Positions 36,860 through 51,438 of a DNA stretch of 64,000 nt are shown piece by piece. Both the position numbers and the translations under genes were made by a program. The notes under the pieces were generated by a model. That model was not told the DNA's origin, made no database searches, and saw only the letters and a program-made list of their open reading frames with translations. Position 1 is the first letter of the stretch, and each line of letters starts with the position of its first letter. The stretch comes from Hyphochytrium catenoides. Taxonomy: Eukaryota > Protista > Hyphochytriomycota. Location of the stretch: the NCBI GenBank assembly GCA_900088475.1, contig FLMG01002864.1, forward strand, positions 1 through 64,000, read 5' to 3'.

Positions 36860-38990
36860 GCCTCCTAGTGGCCGATGTATGTAATGAAGCCATAGGAGTT
36901 GACGGCGACTTCCTTCATCAAACTGCCATTCCCTATGTAGATGTTTGAAGTACCAATGACCTTGAACGTCTCATCCCTACAACGCCGCTGGTCTGCCTTG
37001 TCAGACGCTGTGTAACAGCTTCCACCGCAGTGACTGGTAACGAGTCCATTTTTCCGCACGCATGCCCTCGATGTCCTCGGTTGCGGCCGGAATTACAGGT
37101 ACATACCCATATTGGAGGTCAGCATTCTCACGGGTTTCTTGAGGTAGTTGGTCATGGCCTTGACATTGTCCTTCGTCGAGAGGTAAAGGCTGTTGGCAGA
37201 AGAACCGTACCATTCTCCATCGGTCTTATAAGATCCAGGCACTCGCGAGGTAGGATTGTCAATGTACGGAGGGCGTAATGCTTCCCGTCGAGCTCGCACA
37301 GCCATAAGGTGATAAAGTGGCTTGTAATATACTCACGACTTGTACCAGTCATGTTATAGTCTCATAGCCAATCAGCACTGGGTCAGGATTAGCCCATGAT
37401 CCCGTTTTTTTTTCCTTCCATGTGCTGCTGTATCGCATGCATCAGGAGCGTTATAGCTTCATATCTTTGTGCTGGAACGAAGGGGTAACCAGAGTTGTGT
37501 CAAAGATATTATCTCCTACGTCTTCGATTTATCGATGATGACCAACCGAGGCAAAGTCCTTAGCACGGGACCCAGGGAACTTTCCAAGCGCCGCTATAGT
37601 AACGGAACCAATCCTACATCGACAAGCTTTCTTTGACTCTCGTAGGTAACACCAATCGATTTTCCCTTATCATGGTGAATATGAGAGGCCGTCGCAAAAG
37701 GAATGATGACCTGTACGTTACTCCTATCTTTCGCTTGGTGTGGAAGGTTTTCGCCGAAGATTCGCGCAGGCCCGAGTTGATAGCGTCGGGAGGGTGGTTA
37801 CAGGTTTTGCTTTTGGTGTTCCGAGCTTTGGATTCCTTTAGCTCTGTCTCCCTGTATCCGTTGGCTGTCAGTGTTCTGGCCACGATATGGAAGGCTGCCT
37901 GTAGGTAGTGCCGTTATCTGAGGAAGGTGTGCAGTCCAACTAAAAAGTTCTCAATCTGCTCGAAGCCTTGTCTCACTTCCTCAGGGTTAAAGCCCACGTG
38001 CTCTCCTTGGCATAAGCGTCCGGGGAGCAAAAGTATAGGGCTCGTTTAAGAAGGAGCATTCCCGATGCGCTTTCGAAGCCACGTCCAGGGGCTACTAAAT
38101 CAGTCTATACGATACCTGTCCCTTTCAAATTCGAACGCACTCTAGCATATTCTCCAGGTATGGCAAAGACCGTGTCCAGCCCATTCCGCTGGCGTAACAT
38201 GGGGCCTCCTTGCACCGCCTGAAGGGAAGGCCCACCTGCCTCTATTGCTAACACCCGGATTTAGAGGTTACGTGAAAGGTACTCTACTACGGTCCTAGGC
38301 CCCCAGGCCCACTCCCGACTATAATAACATCGTACTCAGTAGTTCCAGAGTCTGCGGACATGGCTTGAACCTTCCAGACTAGATGCATAAGGCCAGCAAA
38401 AGAGCCGATGCCCTTGGATTCGAAATTTCTTTACACCCTCCTGCGGGTCTATCTCTATTGAAGGCCGCAGCGTCTGGGGTCGCTTCCGCGGTAGAACTTG
38501 ATAACTGGGATGCGACAGCATATCGGAGGAAGTCAGTCATCTCTGCTACTGTTAGGCTCTGCAAGACTGCGGCGGCTTCCTTCTTCAAGGCATGCTACTA
38601 GGTTATGATGAGCTTCAGAGATGGATCAGCGCGCCGGAGGAGCTGCTGGAGGGTTCTTCTAGGGTTCTGATGTGCGAAAGGCGCGGGTCAATAATAATCA
38701 GTGCCCTTTCAGCTTCACTGACTGGAGTCTGACAAGTACAAGTTTTCCAACTCCAACAAGTAGGAAAATTGATATAAGTAAGTGAATATACTTGGACTTG
38801 AGCTTTTGCCAGCGATCCCCTGGGACTTGGCCAGAGTTTAGGGAAAAGCGGCCAAACGGCCAAAGAAATGGGGCGATTATTTTGAGAAGAAAAGCAGACA
38901 GCGGCAAGCACTTCCCAAGACAAAAGAAGAACGCAGCTAGCTCAAAGACGGCTGATGAATGAAGCTCGCCACTAGCGTCCGACAAGTGGA
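36860..38990 (-). pseudogene. Intronless, frameshifted coding-like tract of unknown origin
   Basis: A chain of short same-strand protein-like fragments separated by stops and frameshifts, with no microsatellite introns. One fragment reads LPRLVIIDK (~37545), which is Walker-B-like. Confidence 0.25.
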
Positions 38991-39312
38991 AGAACGATAG
39001 AGCAGATTTCCAGACAGAGAGGGTCGCAGGTCGTCAGTAAAGGAGATAGAGTGCCTTGTATGGTCCAGTTGTTGTGGTGTAACTCTATGTTCTCGATGGA
39101 AGTGTGATCCACCTGGGTTCGCTTTTATATTGGTTTGCTACGAGACGTCGTCGTTTGATATCGAGACTCCTCTAGACTAAAGAGAGTCGATTGAGCGTCC
39201 TCTTGGGATCCAAGCATCAAGTTCGTGCAATAGTGTGGTGATTTGCACTATACAAAGGTCGTACGCGGCTTGCGATCTGCAGTCTTTGTCAATCAAAAAC
39301 TAGCGTGGTTAG

Positions 39313-40346
<1,034 letters not shown>

Positions 40347-41900
40347 TGCCTCCTGAGAAGCTGAGAAGCTTTCTCTGGGGACAACTCGTCCTTTATCTCT
40401 CTCGCCTGCTGAGTTCAGAGGCGAGGTAGCTACTTCGCCTGAGCACGGCTCCTTTCACCCTATTTAGGGAAAGGGAGATATATATTCTTTATAAAGCTTA
40501 GTGCTTGGTAGGGCTTCCATAATGAAAACCGGTGAGGATTACAGCGTAGCAAGAGACGAATCATCGCTGCTAATAGGAGGTCTAAGAATGCGATAGAAAC
40601 ACCCATAACACTAACTATTACCATCCATACTTCATCTTGGCTGCGTATGACTTGTCTTCGACCCGATAAAGGTGGAGGTTGAATAGGTCTCCCATGCCGG
40701 ACCATGGCACAACGCGGAAGGGGCACTACTTTCAACCTCATCCTTCACAATATTATATAAAAATTCTCCAGGAAGGGAGCTGTCATTGTTCAACCCTCCT
40801 CTGGTCAAGGGCTTGTCTTCACTCACTATCATCCATCTGGACGTAGCCTTTTGGAAGAAAGCTCTATCCTCTATGAAGAAAACAACCATAGGCTTCTCCT
40901 CTCTCTCCCTTATCATTATTATCGCTGTATGTAGAGCTCTTCCAGATGGAACTTCAGTTCATCAGTGATCCGTTATTTTTGTCCAGGAGGTGGACTGAGT
41001 TATGGGCTACCCAGGCTCAATAGCATATTAACCTGGGTCGACTAATGTGCTATTTGGCGAAAGCTGATTGGCCATCGCCTCTCTAAATAGCCAATCAAAC
41101 TGCACCGCGAAGGCTATATGGGTAACCAACAACAGGATTATGGGTAGCAGCCAGAACTGTGACCTGATAATCAGATAGTGATTCTTTCACTTCCTAAGCC
41201 TTTCGGGGATGCTGCAGTGATCAAGGGAAAGGAACAAAAGCGCCTGACAAGCTCGCAGGGAGGGCAGCGCTGGTCAGGCAGCTGGCCATCGCCGTTCCTT
41301 GAAGAGGAACATCTTGCTCTCTCTCTCTCCCAGCTCTCTCTCCCTTCCTCTCCTGCTCTCTCTGTTACCCTCGCTCTCTCAACTCTCTCTCTCTCTGTCC
41401 CCTTGATCTCTTAGGCTCTCTCCCACAGGTCCCTCCCGCGCTCTCTTGCTCCATCCCATAGTGCTGTCTCCTTGAGTGACTACTACCTCCTCTTCGCTTG
41501 CCAAGGATCTTCCCAGTAGATCAGCGCACTCTAAGATAAAGGCTGCTGGGCTTTCAGGATCTTGCCTCCCCATGTTTCGACGGCCTCTCTGAGCGTCATC
41601 AGAACGTTTCATAGAAGGAGCATGCCAGGCCATCGAGACCGTAGATTGAGCGTCTCACGCGCTGTCTGAGCTCAAGACAGATTCTGGCTTTTGGAGGAAG
41701 ACAAGAAGCACTAGCGATCCTCTTACAAAGGCTAATGAGCCCCATCCAATAGCCAGAAGGGCCTCCTGAAGCCCTAACGGCCTAAAACACATGGCCTAAC
41801 GCTACTACTTATCTATGTACTGCTCTTGGCTTCATAGCTAGTAGCTCCCCTCTCAATCCGGCTCCATACTCAGCCTACTAGCTGGTGCTGCGTTGGTACG

Positions 41901-44665
41901 ATGCCTCTGCCAACCGCTAGAGATCTGCAACTAGGCTCGTCAGAGGAGCTCATTGCTGGCAATGTTCAGGATGAAGACTTCTCAATGATGAACGGCCATC
42001 ACCACCATCAGCAGCAGAGCAATGGGGCTTATTATCTTGAAGCTACAGATGAAAGCTATTCCGACAGCGAAGACTACCTGGTCTTTAGCTCCATAGATGG
42101 AGCCGAGACTACCGGCATGACTTGGAGAAACTCCATATCCTCCATGGGGGCTATCCTTGCCTCTCTTAAGGCTCTCTTAGCCAAGAGCTTTGCAGAGAAG
42201 CGCCCTCCTCCTGTGCGGAAGCTATCAGAACACATCTCTTCTCTTACGCGGGTCCCTAGCCGGTTGCTTGTGGAGGTGGCCACAGGGGCTACACGAGCAG
42301 CAGAGACCGCTGTGAAAACTGCTGCGAGCAGCACATATGAGTACATGTGGAGCCTTTATACCAGCACTGCTGCTGTGTGGGCGTTTGCCACCTTCTTTCT
42401 CCTCATTCCCGTCGTCTGCCTCTATGCTGCCACCTCGGTCACAATAGACTGGGAATCCCCTTATGTAAAGCTTGTTCTAGATCCTCTTTGGACAGGAGTG
42501 GCTGTCTTTGACTATTATTGCGCTGCTCTACTCCTGAACTATCCACTCTTCTGGCTGCTCCAATTTGCTGTTCAAGCTTCACGGTTCCGTAGCTTTAGAC
42601 AGGTGACCGTATAACTCTCTCATTCTTTGCCCCTTCTGTTGAATGCCGCCCTATCTCACCCGCGCATCTCACCTCCTCTTTCTCTTTCTTCTCCTCTCTC
42701 TTCCCCTCTCTCTCGCGCGCTCTGTCTCTCTGTATTTCTCTCTCTTGCTTCCTCTTCCTTCTAGCTCATTTCTTACCGGCATGTTGGTTCCTCCTCCGTA
42801 GCTCGCTACCCTTTGCATTGCTTTTATTTGCCTATCTATTTTCTAACCCATCTCTTCCCCATCATGCCCACATCTCTAGGTTGGACTGTCGATTATAAGA
42901 ATTTCAAGCGCGGTGCTACTTGTCTTCTCCACCTCCGCAGTCGTGGCTCATGCCTTATCCCGGCCTGTCCTTCTTGGAATGCTGATGACCTATCTAGGTT
43001 CTACGGGGTTTTGGTACTGCATCACTGTGGACTTCTGGCGCTTCTATAAGTACACCGTCTTGACTGTAAGTCTATAGGAAATGGAAAGACTCTCGCGCTG
43101 AGTGTCCTGAGGGGTTATGAACTATGTTTCGGCCACGTCTGGGTCTATCTCCTTGTCTAACGTCTATCTACTACTGTCTCCGTGTCAGAATGTCTCTCTT
43201 CATGACAAGAATGCATCCACTGACATGCTTCTACCTGTCTTTATAACCAGGAGGGTCTTCTGCAATACCTACCTCAGTCTCTGCAGAGCTTGCTACTGAA
43301 TAGAACGCTGTTAGAGTGGCTCACGGATTCTAGCTTTCTTGAGCAGATGAAGATGTATGTCCCCTTCTTCCTCGGACTTAACAAGCTTGAGACGAGAACG
43401 GCATTGAAGAATATGCCACAGACTGTACGGAAGAGGCTCATGAGGAGAGGTCTGCTGGGGGTGCTGCCTAAGTGGCTTCAACGCGTTCTCTATCCAAAGT
43501 ATGAGGAAAGAGACACTACACGCTCGAAACAGCGACGGTCGAGTCCACCGAGAGGCGGCCCTCTTGTCGTAGGCAAGGAGGCAGAAAAGGCAGTAGATTT
43601 GGCACCAGTGCAAGAAGAAGAGGATAGCAGCGAGGGCTTCATCTTCTCTAGAAAAAGGTCTTCTGATGCGTTGTTGCTGTCTATGACTGAACAATCTGTG
43701 ACAAAGACACCGACCAAGACCTTTGTGTCAAGGAAAAGACGATCAATCGTGACGACGGAGACCTTTTTAATGAAGCTTCTTCACGATAGGATCTCTAGGT
43801 ATCGTCTTCCTCTGATTCTGACCATCTCATCGTCTACTGTCATGCTTTAAGTCTTTGGGACGCTTCTTTCTTGCTCTTCCAACTTTCTTCCTCTCTCTGT
43901 CCCGGTACCCATATCTTCAGCTTAAAAACACGGTGAAAGTGCTGAGCCTCTTCTCTACCCTCTCTATGCCGTTAGAATCACAAGAGGTTTCTTGATGTCC
44001 TTCGATGAAACAGCAGTAGAAAGCATAGCAATGGCTTCGGTGGGCTTGATGCTTCTGCAGGTAGAAAGCAGGACCCCTGGAAAGCTCTTCCTGTTCTTTG
44101 TTCTCCCACTCTCTCTTGCTACCTAAGAACCTATGAACTCTTTGTTTGGCTCAAATGGAGCTCCTTCCTTCGGCCTCACTAAATTTTGAATGGTGTACAG
44201 CTCATGACCTCCAAGCATGCCCGAGCGACACTTGTCAGTGTGGCACGAACCGCCAGCATTGCAGGGACAACATTTGTCGCCATCTCCACGATTTGGCTCC
44301 GGTTGGCGCAGATGTTTATTGACCCACACTACGCAGAGGAGCGGCGGCAGATCACTCTGTTCGCCATCCATTTGTATGGCAAACTGAAAGGCCTAATGTC
44401 CACATCAGGCAAGGCACTTGCCATTGAAGGCGAAGAGCACCTGCAGGAAACGAGAGATACTTCCGAAGAAGCCCGGAGGTCTAGTCCTCAGCTGACCCCT
44501 AGAAAAGACCGACCAGGTTCCTTTTCCGCTGTTCAGTTCATAGTCACGTTCTGGCGCCGGATAGCGCGCACGCAGGTCCCTAAGGGCAGCAGTGCCGCCA
44601 TAGCCACTCTTGTTCTCTGCGGCTTGTTGGCAGTCAGAGGTAGAAAGAAGAGACTTTCCGGGTAG
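41901..44665 (+). CDS. Multi-exon hypothetical membrane protein
   Basis: The 237-codon first exon has two hydrophobic helices. Small exons splice into EGLLQYLPQSLQSLLLNRTLLEWL...RRGLLGVLPKWLQRVLYP. The last exon has hydrophobic segments and a basic tail. Confidence 0.7.
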
Positions 44666-44785
44666 TTCCGCAAACTCATAGAGAGCCATTCGTGCCGTCT
44701 ACGCAGCTCACACAAGCCATAAATTATCATTATAAAGCAATAAATAACGTGAGGAATACTTTTCTAGCTCTATGGACTCATTCCC

Positions 44786-47132
44786 TTAGGTCAAGTCCAA
44801 GACACTCCGCACTCTCATCGCCAGGTGGTCAGGATAGACGGTCGGTCCCTTTTCTCCCTCTCTTGATCGGCCGGAGACTGTGACCACACGGTAGGCGGTG
44901 TTCCAGAAGACAAGGATGATGGTGGAGCCGATGGCAAAGAAAGCCAATGAATAGATCAGTAGCAGCGTCTGGAAGAGGTAGGATGTAGACATGTACGAGC
45001 CAAGCCCAAGTAGCCAACAGTCTGCCCGGTTCATTTTAATCAACGGTTAGAGTGAGAGAGTGTTAGAAAATGGCAGAATTCAACGAAGGGTTGGAGCTTC
45101 TTACCAGGAGAGAGTGCTGTAAGAACGCTTCCTGGAAGAGGAGAGTAGCCCAAGAAAACGAGGAAGACGGAGAGGACGAANNNNNNNNNNNNNNNNNNNN
45201 NNNNNNNNNNNNNNNNNNNNNNNNNNNNNNNNNNNNNNAAGACTTTCTGCAGCAGGAGAGTTTGTTGGTAGAAGAGCCAAAGCAGGATAAGCGAAGGAGT
45301 CTCAAAGCTTGACTCTTGAGTTTGAGTCCCAAAGGCTATCAATGAATGAATGGCGATTGCTCCCAGGAAAGCACCGATTGACTCAAAAAAGTGCTTCCAT
45401 GCCTCTTTGTCCTGTTACACAAGGCAAGAAAGGATATAAGAGCGTAGTGAGAAGGGAGATCAGAGGTCTGGTGAGATTCTGGCAGGACTAAAGCTACCGA
45501 ATCCTAGCGTAAGGCTAGGTTGGTAAGAGCAATGACAGACAATATGCGGATCGCCGTCAAGCAGAAACCAAGTACTAGAACAAGGGCAGTGGGCGGACAG
45601 ACACATCGAAGCAAACTAACTTCACGCGCCTTAGATACAAGCGACGAGAGTATGGGCATAGGATAATACTAAGCTGGCCAAATGTTCAGCAAGAAAGAAC
45701 AGGAGGCTTTGGGTGGATTCCTACAAAAAGAGAGTCCTTGCATTACCTGCCAGGAGATGCGGCAAAGTTCCTCAAAGGAGAGAGGGAGTCGCAATCCCAC
45801 TTCCAATGGCTTCCCGCAGCAGGGGCAATCCCCTATCCTCTGTGACATGATACGCGCCTTCTCCTCCTGAGAAGCGAAGAGGGAGCACCACTGCCGCTTC
45901 ATGTGCAACCGCTTTTCCAGGCATAGGCGATGGGCCGCAAAGGCGCAATCGCAAGGCACGACCCAGAGAGTAGAAGAACCCTCCGTGATAGATTGGGCTG
46001 CTTCCCAAACGCTCATTGCGCTAAAGATATCGAGCTCATTGCAGATGCTGTCACCAAAGAAACAGGGAAGGAAGCAGGGAGTAGAAAGAATATGGGCGTA
46101 AGACTCGGTGGCAGTCCGATAGCATTGAACATAAAAATCTGCGTACAGCAGACTCAACCCCAGGAAAGGCCATGTAGGGACAGCCAACTAATTCTACTGA
46201 AGATACATTCGGGACTGAGGAGCCCGACGCATTAATGAGGAGGATAAAGGGCGAGAAAAGGTAAAGCCACCTGCAGGTCAGAAGGTCTCGACCCTGCTCT
46301 CTAAGGACAAAAACCAGCTTCCAGGAGCTCATCTCTCGACAGTGTCCTCGGCCTGTTACAGGCAGCTACGGAAAGGCATGCCTAAGGTCAGCCACCAGCA
46401 AGCCAATCGGACAAAGAAGTACAGGCAAAACCCGAAGTGGCGAGGACGAAGCGGGAGCACTAAAGGGATTGAGAGGAGAATAAGAGGCTGAAGAACTATA
46501 GGGACATAGGTTAAAATAGCCAAATACAAGGGCGTAGCAAGTCAGAGCCCAGGCACGGTGGTAGGGATACATGCTTGGTAGATCTCAACGTGGGTGTGGG
46601 CAGCATAGAAGGCCGTCAAAAGTAAGAGAGATCTTAGTGCTAGAACCCGTTATAACTATCTGGTAACCTGTTTCTGGTGATCGCCCTTATAGTTTCTGGA
46701 TATAGTGGGCGAAAGGGTAAACGCTCGCTCCACCGTCGCCCAGAAGCTGGTGGAGGAGATCATAGAGTACAAGGTAGGTGACACTTTGGTTGACGGGTCC
46801 ACCCGATACTCGGAACCCCAACGAAGAAGAAAAAGAGACCTCCAGACATCCTGAGAGGAAAGATGGGCATGGAAGGACGACGACACCGTGGTGAGGACCA
46901 GCAGATCCTGCACTGAGAGGAAGGACTCAAAATGTAGAGTCAGGTCTCGGGAAAGACGACTGAAAACGTCTTTATCGGAAGCCCAGCCATCACTAGCAGA
47001 GACGCAAATGTGCCCCGCTTGGTGCCTCAGCCTTAGCACGGTCTCCCCTCTCCTGTCCTCTGTCGTCTTAGTTGGAGTTATCCCGGGCCGTGATAGGTCT
47101 CGGGCAGAACCGTAACCACCTTCTTGCATCAT
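44786..47132 (-). CDS. F-box + RING-CH (C4HC3) + multi-pass membrane protein, putative E3 ligase
   Basis: F-box-like RLSRDLTLHFESFLSVQDLLVLTTVSSSFH...WRSLFLLRW. Spliced LTCS|ICN...WVVPCDCAFAAHRLCLEK...CPCCG. C-terminal TM segments end in FWNTAYRVVTV. Confidence 0.72.
45181..45238. other. Assembly gap (N run)
   Basis: Run of N inside an intron-like region. Confidence 0.99.
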
Positions 47133-47902
47133 TCCCCCGGGCTATTCACTTCACGTTTGACATGTAGGCACCCAACCGCCTAAGGACGAGGACTCTCTTA
47201 ACATAGGATAAGCTGCATGTGAGCCTCCAGGAGTATCTCTTATAATGTAAGGAGAGAGAGGGATGAGGACATCTGGCTCCAGCAAGGAAGCCGCCCCGAT
47301 ATTTGGCCTCTATCGCGGGTGCGAAGCTCAATAATCCGCCGATCTCAAGCGCAGCTGCAGAGGAACCGCGGTCCTCCTGCCCACTGTCTTTTCACCCGCT
47401 ACACACCAGCGTTACCGGCTCCCGCCAACAGCTCTTGAATTCTAAATATCTACCTCTCTGATTTCGGAAAAGGTCAACAACGTGGATTGATTGTGGAGTG
47501 TACAGGACAGGGGCAATGGGCAACAGGACCGCTATTCAGGATACTGTTAGGATCCCCAGAGCTACCCCTGGAGTCATGCCGCTTGTGTTGACGGTGTTCT
47601 GATGGCCGCATCCTCCTCCCCACGTCGGGAAGATCTTTTCGGACACTGCAGACGCTCGTCATCTCTTCCATCGCTCCTCCTCCCGGGCCCACGAAAGTGT
47701 GCTGCTTCTGCTGCTTGTGTCTCATGCTTCTAATAAAGCCCAGGATCTGTTCATCCCTAAAGCACCAGGCAGTCCATCCTCCGTTGCGCTAAACTCTGGT
47801 CTAAACAAGAGCTCTGCTATTGGTGATTACGGCTGATTGAGTTCCTAGGGAAAGCTATCGCAGCTCCTTTGACAAGACAGTCCAACTCTATCACTAGTAA
47901 GG

Positions 47903-49068
47903 ATGGCAGTCATTGGCTGCTTGGTCAGCTATCTGATCTATGGGCTCGGGATATTGGCGATCATCCACCTCGCTTTCTACGTCCTTCCCTTCTTTCTCAT
48001 GGCAGTTCTACCTGTGCCAAATCTGAAGAAGAAGTACAATGCGGAGTGGGCGCTAGTGACAGGTGGCAGCAGCGGGATAGGCAAAGCTCTGGCAGAGAAA
48101 CTGGCAGGTCAAGGGCTGAATGTCGTGGTGGTGGCAATAGGTGACGATCTTCTGTCTCAGACCGTCCAAGAGTTGAAGGAGAAGCACCCTAACCAGTCCT
48201 TCCGCTCGGTCGGTGTTACGTTCTCTCCTAATGTTAACTATATGGAACCCATCATTGAGGCTACAAAGGACATCAAGGTGCAAGTTATCTTCAACAACGC
48301 GGGCTACATCGTCACAGGATTCTTTGATCAGAGCCCCGTAGAGAAGCACCTGGCAAATCTTGAGTGCAATGCTACCGCCGCAGTGCGCATCACCCATCAT
48401 TACCTATCGAAGCTGATCAGAACCCAGACCAGAGGCTGTGTGGTCTTTACGTCGTCTGCTGCAGGGTACATTCCCTCTCCGTTTAGTGTGCTGTAAGTTC
48501 AGTTCTCGTTCTCCTCTCTTGCTATGTCTTTGGCTCACTATCATGTTCGCCTTCTCTCTCTTTCTCACTCTCTGTCGCTATCTCTTTCTCTCTTTTGGTC
48601 TCTACGTGTGCACATGTGTCTGTCTCTCTCACATCCATCTCTACTCTCCTACGTTTAATCGTCTTGACCTAACTTTTGGTTATGTTCATTTTTAGATATG
48701 GCTCTACCAAGGCTTTCCTCTCAGAGTTCGCTGCCTCGCTCGCTGTTGAAAGTACCGCCAGAGGCGTGGATATCGTGTCCATTCATCCTTCTCCTGTTTC
48801 GTCCCGCTTCTATGAGGGTACGCACAAGCTTGAGAGCCTTGAAATGGTACTTCCTCTCGCTGTGAAGCCTGAGCAGCTCCCAGACGAGATCTTCAAGAGC
48901 ATTGGGCGCTGCCATCTAAGGGACATCGGTGGCTTTGCGGTCGTCGCACGCCTGGCCATGGCTGTGCTAGGACTAAATGGAGCCACGACCCTCTTCTCCC
49001 TGGGTGCCCCTTTCATGGGAGACTTCAATAAGTACAATGATCAAGGAAAGAAGGAGAAGACTTCGTAG
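47903..49068 (+). CDS. Short-chain dehydrogenase/reductase (17beta-HSD / 3-ketoacyl-CoA reductase-like), 2 exons
   Basis: N-terminal TM anchor, WALVTGGSSGIG, NNAG, TSS and L|YGSTK (YxxxK). GT-AG intron at ~48493-48696. Confidence 0.93.
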
Positions 49069-49122
49069 AATAAGCAGAGAAGGGAGAGGCGAGGCCTTGA
49101 AAGTCTCCGTACTGTACTCTGC

Positions 49123-49272
49123 GCCCCAGGCTTATGTCTAGCCTAAGAAAGTTATGTTATTAACATGTTCGCGACAGCTTTACATAGTGCTGACACTGCC
49201 CCAGGCTTATGTCTAGCCTAAGAAAGTTATGTTATTAACATGTTCGCGACAGCTTTACATAGTGCTGACACT
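49123..49272 (+). repeat. Perfect 75-bp tandem duplication
   Basis: GCCCCAGGCTTATGTCTAG...GCTGACACT occurs twice without mismatch. Confidence 0.95.
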
Positions 49273-49645
49273 GTGCGGCTTCTATGCTATCTGCTCTTTC
49301 TCTCTCTCTACTTTTTAAGCAGCAGATGGCTTGTCCTCTTACCCACTCTCCACTTTCCAGACAAAAGAACACGATGGGTCTTACAGTACAATAATCCTAG
49401 CGATTCACCGTTGTAGAGTACAACTACTGTCTAACCGGCTGTTCAGCGCACACTGGACATGGGCAGGCGCTGTTCCCTTTCCGTCCTTCAATGTTCAATT
49501 CTCCTCTTTCAAATGCACACCTGGCCGTTGGTAGGGCCTTTTGTTGCTGTTGGCCAAAGAGATCCATTTCAGTCCTTCTTTTCAGCGCTCTTCTACTCAT
49601 GTGCCCTGACTTAGCTCCCTCTTTTTGCATGCCGTTTCTCCGCTT

Positions 49646-50972
49646 CTAAGTTAGATGAGTTCCCTGTGCTGGTTGCTCTAACGTCTTCAGATATTGGAGC
49701 AGGAGGTTTAGATCAACCACCGAGCCCCAGCCCGTTGTGTCCACTTCTTTAACAGTGTGGCAGACATCTGACGCCATGTCAAGCCATCGATGTAGGTTTG
49801 TACTCTCCCCTATTGAAGGTGAGAGACAAGTGAAAGCGATAGAAGCAAAGACAGGAGCGGGGTGAGACTGGCTGCTCCGAACGACAGGAGCTGGCAGAGG
49901 CAGAGATGGGGACGCACGGAGACAAGCGCAAGGACAGATTGAGAGCGTAAGGGGTCAGAAGCAGAGAGAACGATTGCCAAGGAGAGGCTGTAATGACAGA
50001 AGAGGTGAACGTCAGGTGGTCAGAGGAGGGTCAGCATCACCTAGAGCCTGGATTGGAGGGTAGGAGGGAGGAGGTGCGCTCCAGCCTCCACCAGCCATCA
50101 TATGGCTTCGGTCTGAGGAGAAGAGCTGAACATAGCTCTGAGCGTCCACAAGACGGAACCGCCTGAGATGCCATCATTATGTTAATGAAAGAGGAAGAGA
50201 ATCGATAGAGAGCAGGCAAGAGATAACGACTGCCACAGCGGGAAAGAGTGACAGCAATAGAGGGGAACAGAGAGGAGAAAGGACGACCAAGTAGCATAAT
50301 GTAGCCACTCCGATAAACAGAAAACTGACTAAACGAGCTGAAGAAGAAGACGACCTGGGCGGTAGGAGCTGGCGGTAGCGAGGGAAGTGCTCTTACTGTT
50401 GCATGTAAGCGGGGAACCTTGACATAAGGTCGGGCCTCATAGAGTTCGCAAGATACTTCTCAGCAAGACAAGGGAACTCTAAGCGCGAGTCCAAGTCATA
50501 GACCCACCATTCCGACCGCCGCCCTCCATCTTCCTCTCCTTCCTTCTGGACCGGCCGGCCCGATAACAGGATAACCTTAAGGAGACAAGAAGGCAGACCG
50601 AGGATTGGCAGAGGAGGAGAGAGAGAGGACACGGGTGCAGAAAGGAGAGAAGGGAGGAGATGCCTCAATGAGAATAACTTCTAAGGAAAGAAGGTTCCCG
50701 GTAGAGACTCCGAGTGCGCTAGGGTGACGCAGACGGAAGAAAGAGCGAATCAACCAGCTTTCCCTTACGTGGTAGTCCCAGAAAATAGGAACGCCGTCGG
50801 CCTGCTGTGCTCTCTGCTGCCATAGTGGCGTTGCCTTGCTCTCATTAGAAATGAAGAGGACGAAGCATCTCTCCGTGAGAAGGAGCTGCTGCTGGCAGAG
50901 ATGCCAAATGTTCTCCTCACAATAGCAAGAAGTGTAGACGCAGCCTTCACGGAGGAGCTCTCTTCCTTCCAT
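49646..50972 (-). CDS. NTAQ1: Protein N-terminal glutamine amidohydrolase, 4 exons
   Basis: YTSCYCEENIWHLC, VLFISN, WDYH|VIL, VYDLDSRLEFP, FSSDRSHM...WSAPPPSYPPI and TNLHRWLDM. Stop TAG at 49646-49648. Confidence 0.94.
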
Positions 50973-51438
50973 CCCTCTACGTGCTATCTCGAGTAACAGA
51001 CTCTGTCTCTTCCATGATCCCTTGGTCTTTGCCTCTTAGAACATTCGTCTACCTCTCTGTCATCCTTGCCTCTTCTTCTTCGGTACGCCTTTGGATCTGT
51101 GGCCTCTTCCTCTCTCTGAGACGTCTTGTTTTCCTTCTCTACTGATCAGCCTGAGCTTCCTCACCAACTCAGCATCAGGAGCAACAAGGACGAGTGAGAG
51201 ACAGAGCACGACAGAGACACTGAACAAATGTACAGATCAAGAAGTAATAATGTCAGATTGAAGAAGAGTAAATGCGGTTAAAACCACGGTTAGAGGATCA
51301 AGTTCTGTAGTAATACGTCTCACTGAGGTTCTTCAACTAGAAAGACAGAGAGTGAGAGAGACAAACAGCTGGCCCAGCCGATGATACTTTTGACCACCTC
51401 ATCTCCCTTGAGATGAACCGTGCTCAGGGATCTTTTTC

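Noticed and set aside
32350-38640. C/D-box snoRNA candidates from TGATGA words (e.g. 32350, 37536, 38606)
   Set aside because: No convincing D box, terminal stem or rRNA guide was identified. The 32350 site is antisense to a coding exon.
49070-49640. SECIS element or selenoprotein
   Set aside because: Neither flanking gene has an in-frame TGA, and no SECIS core was recognised.
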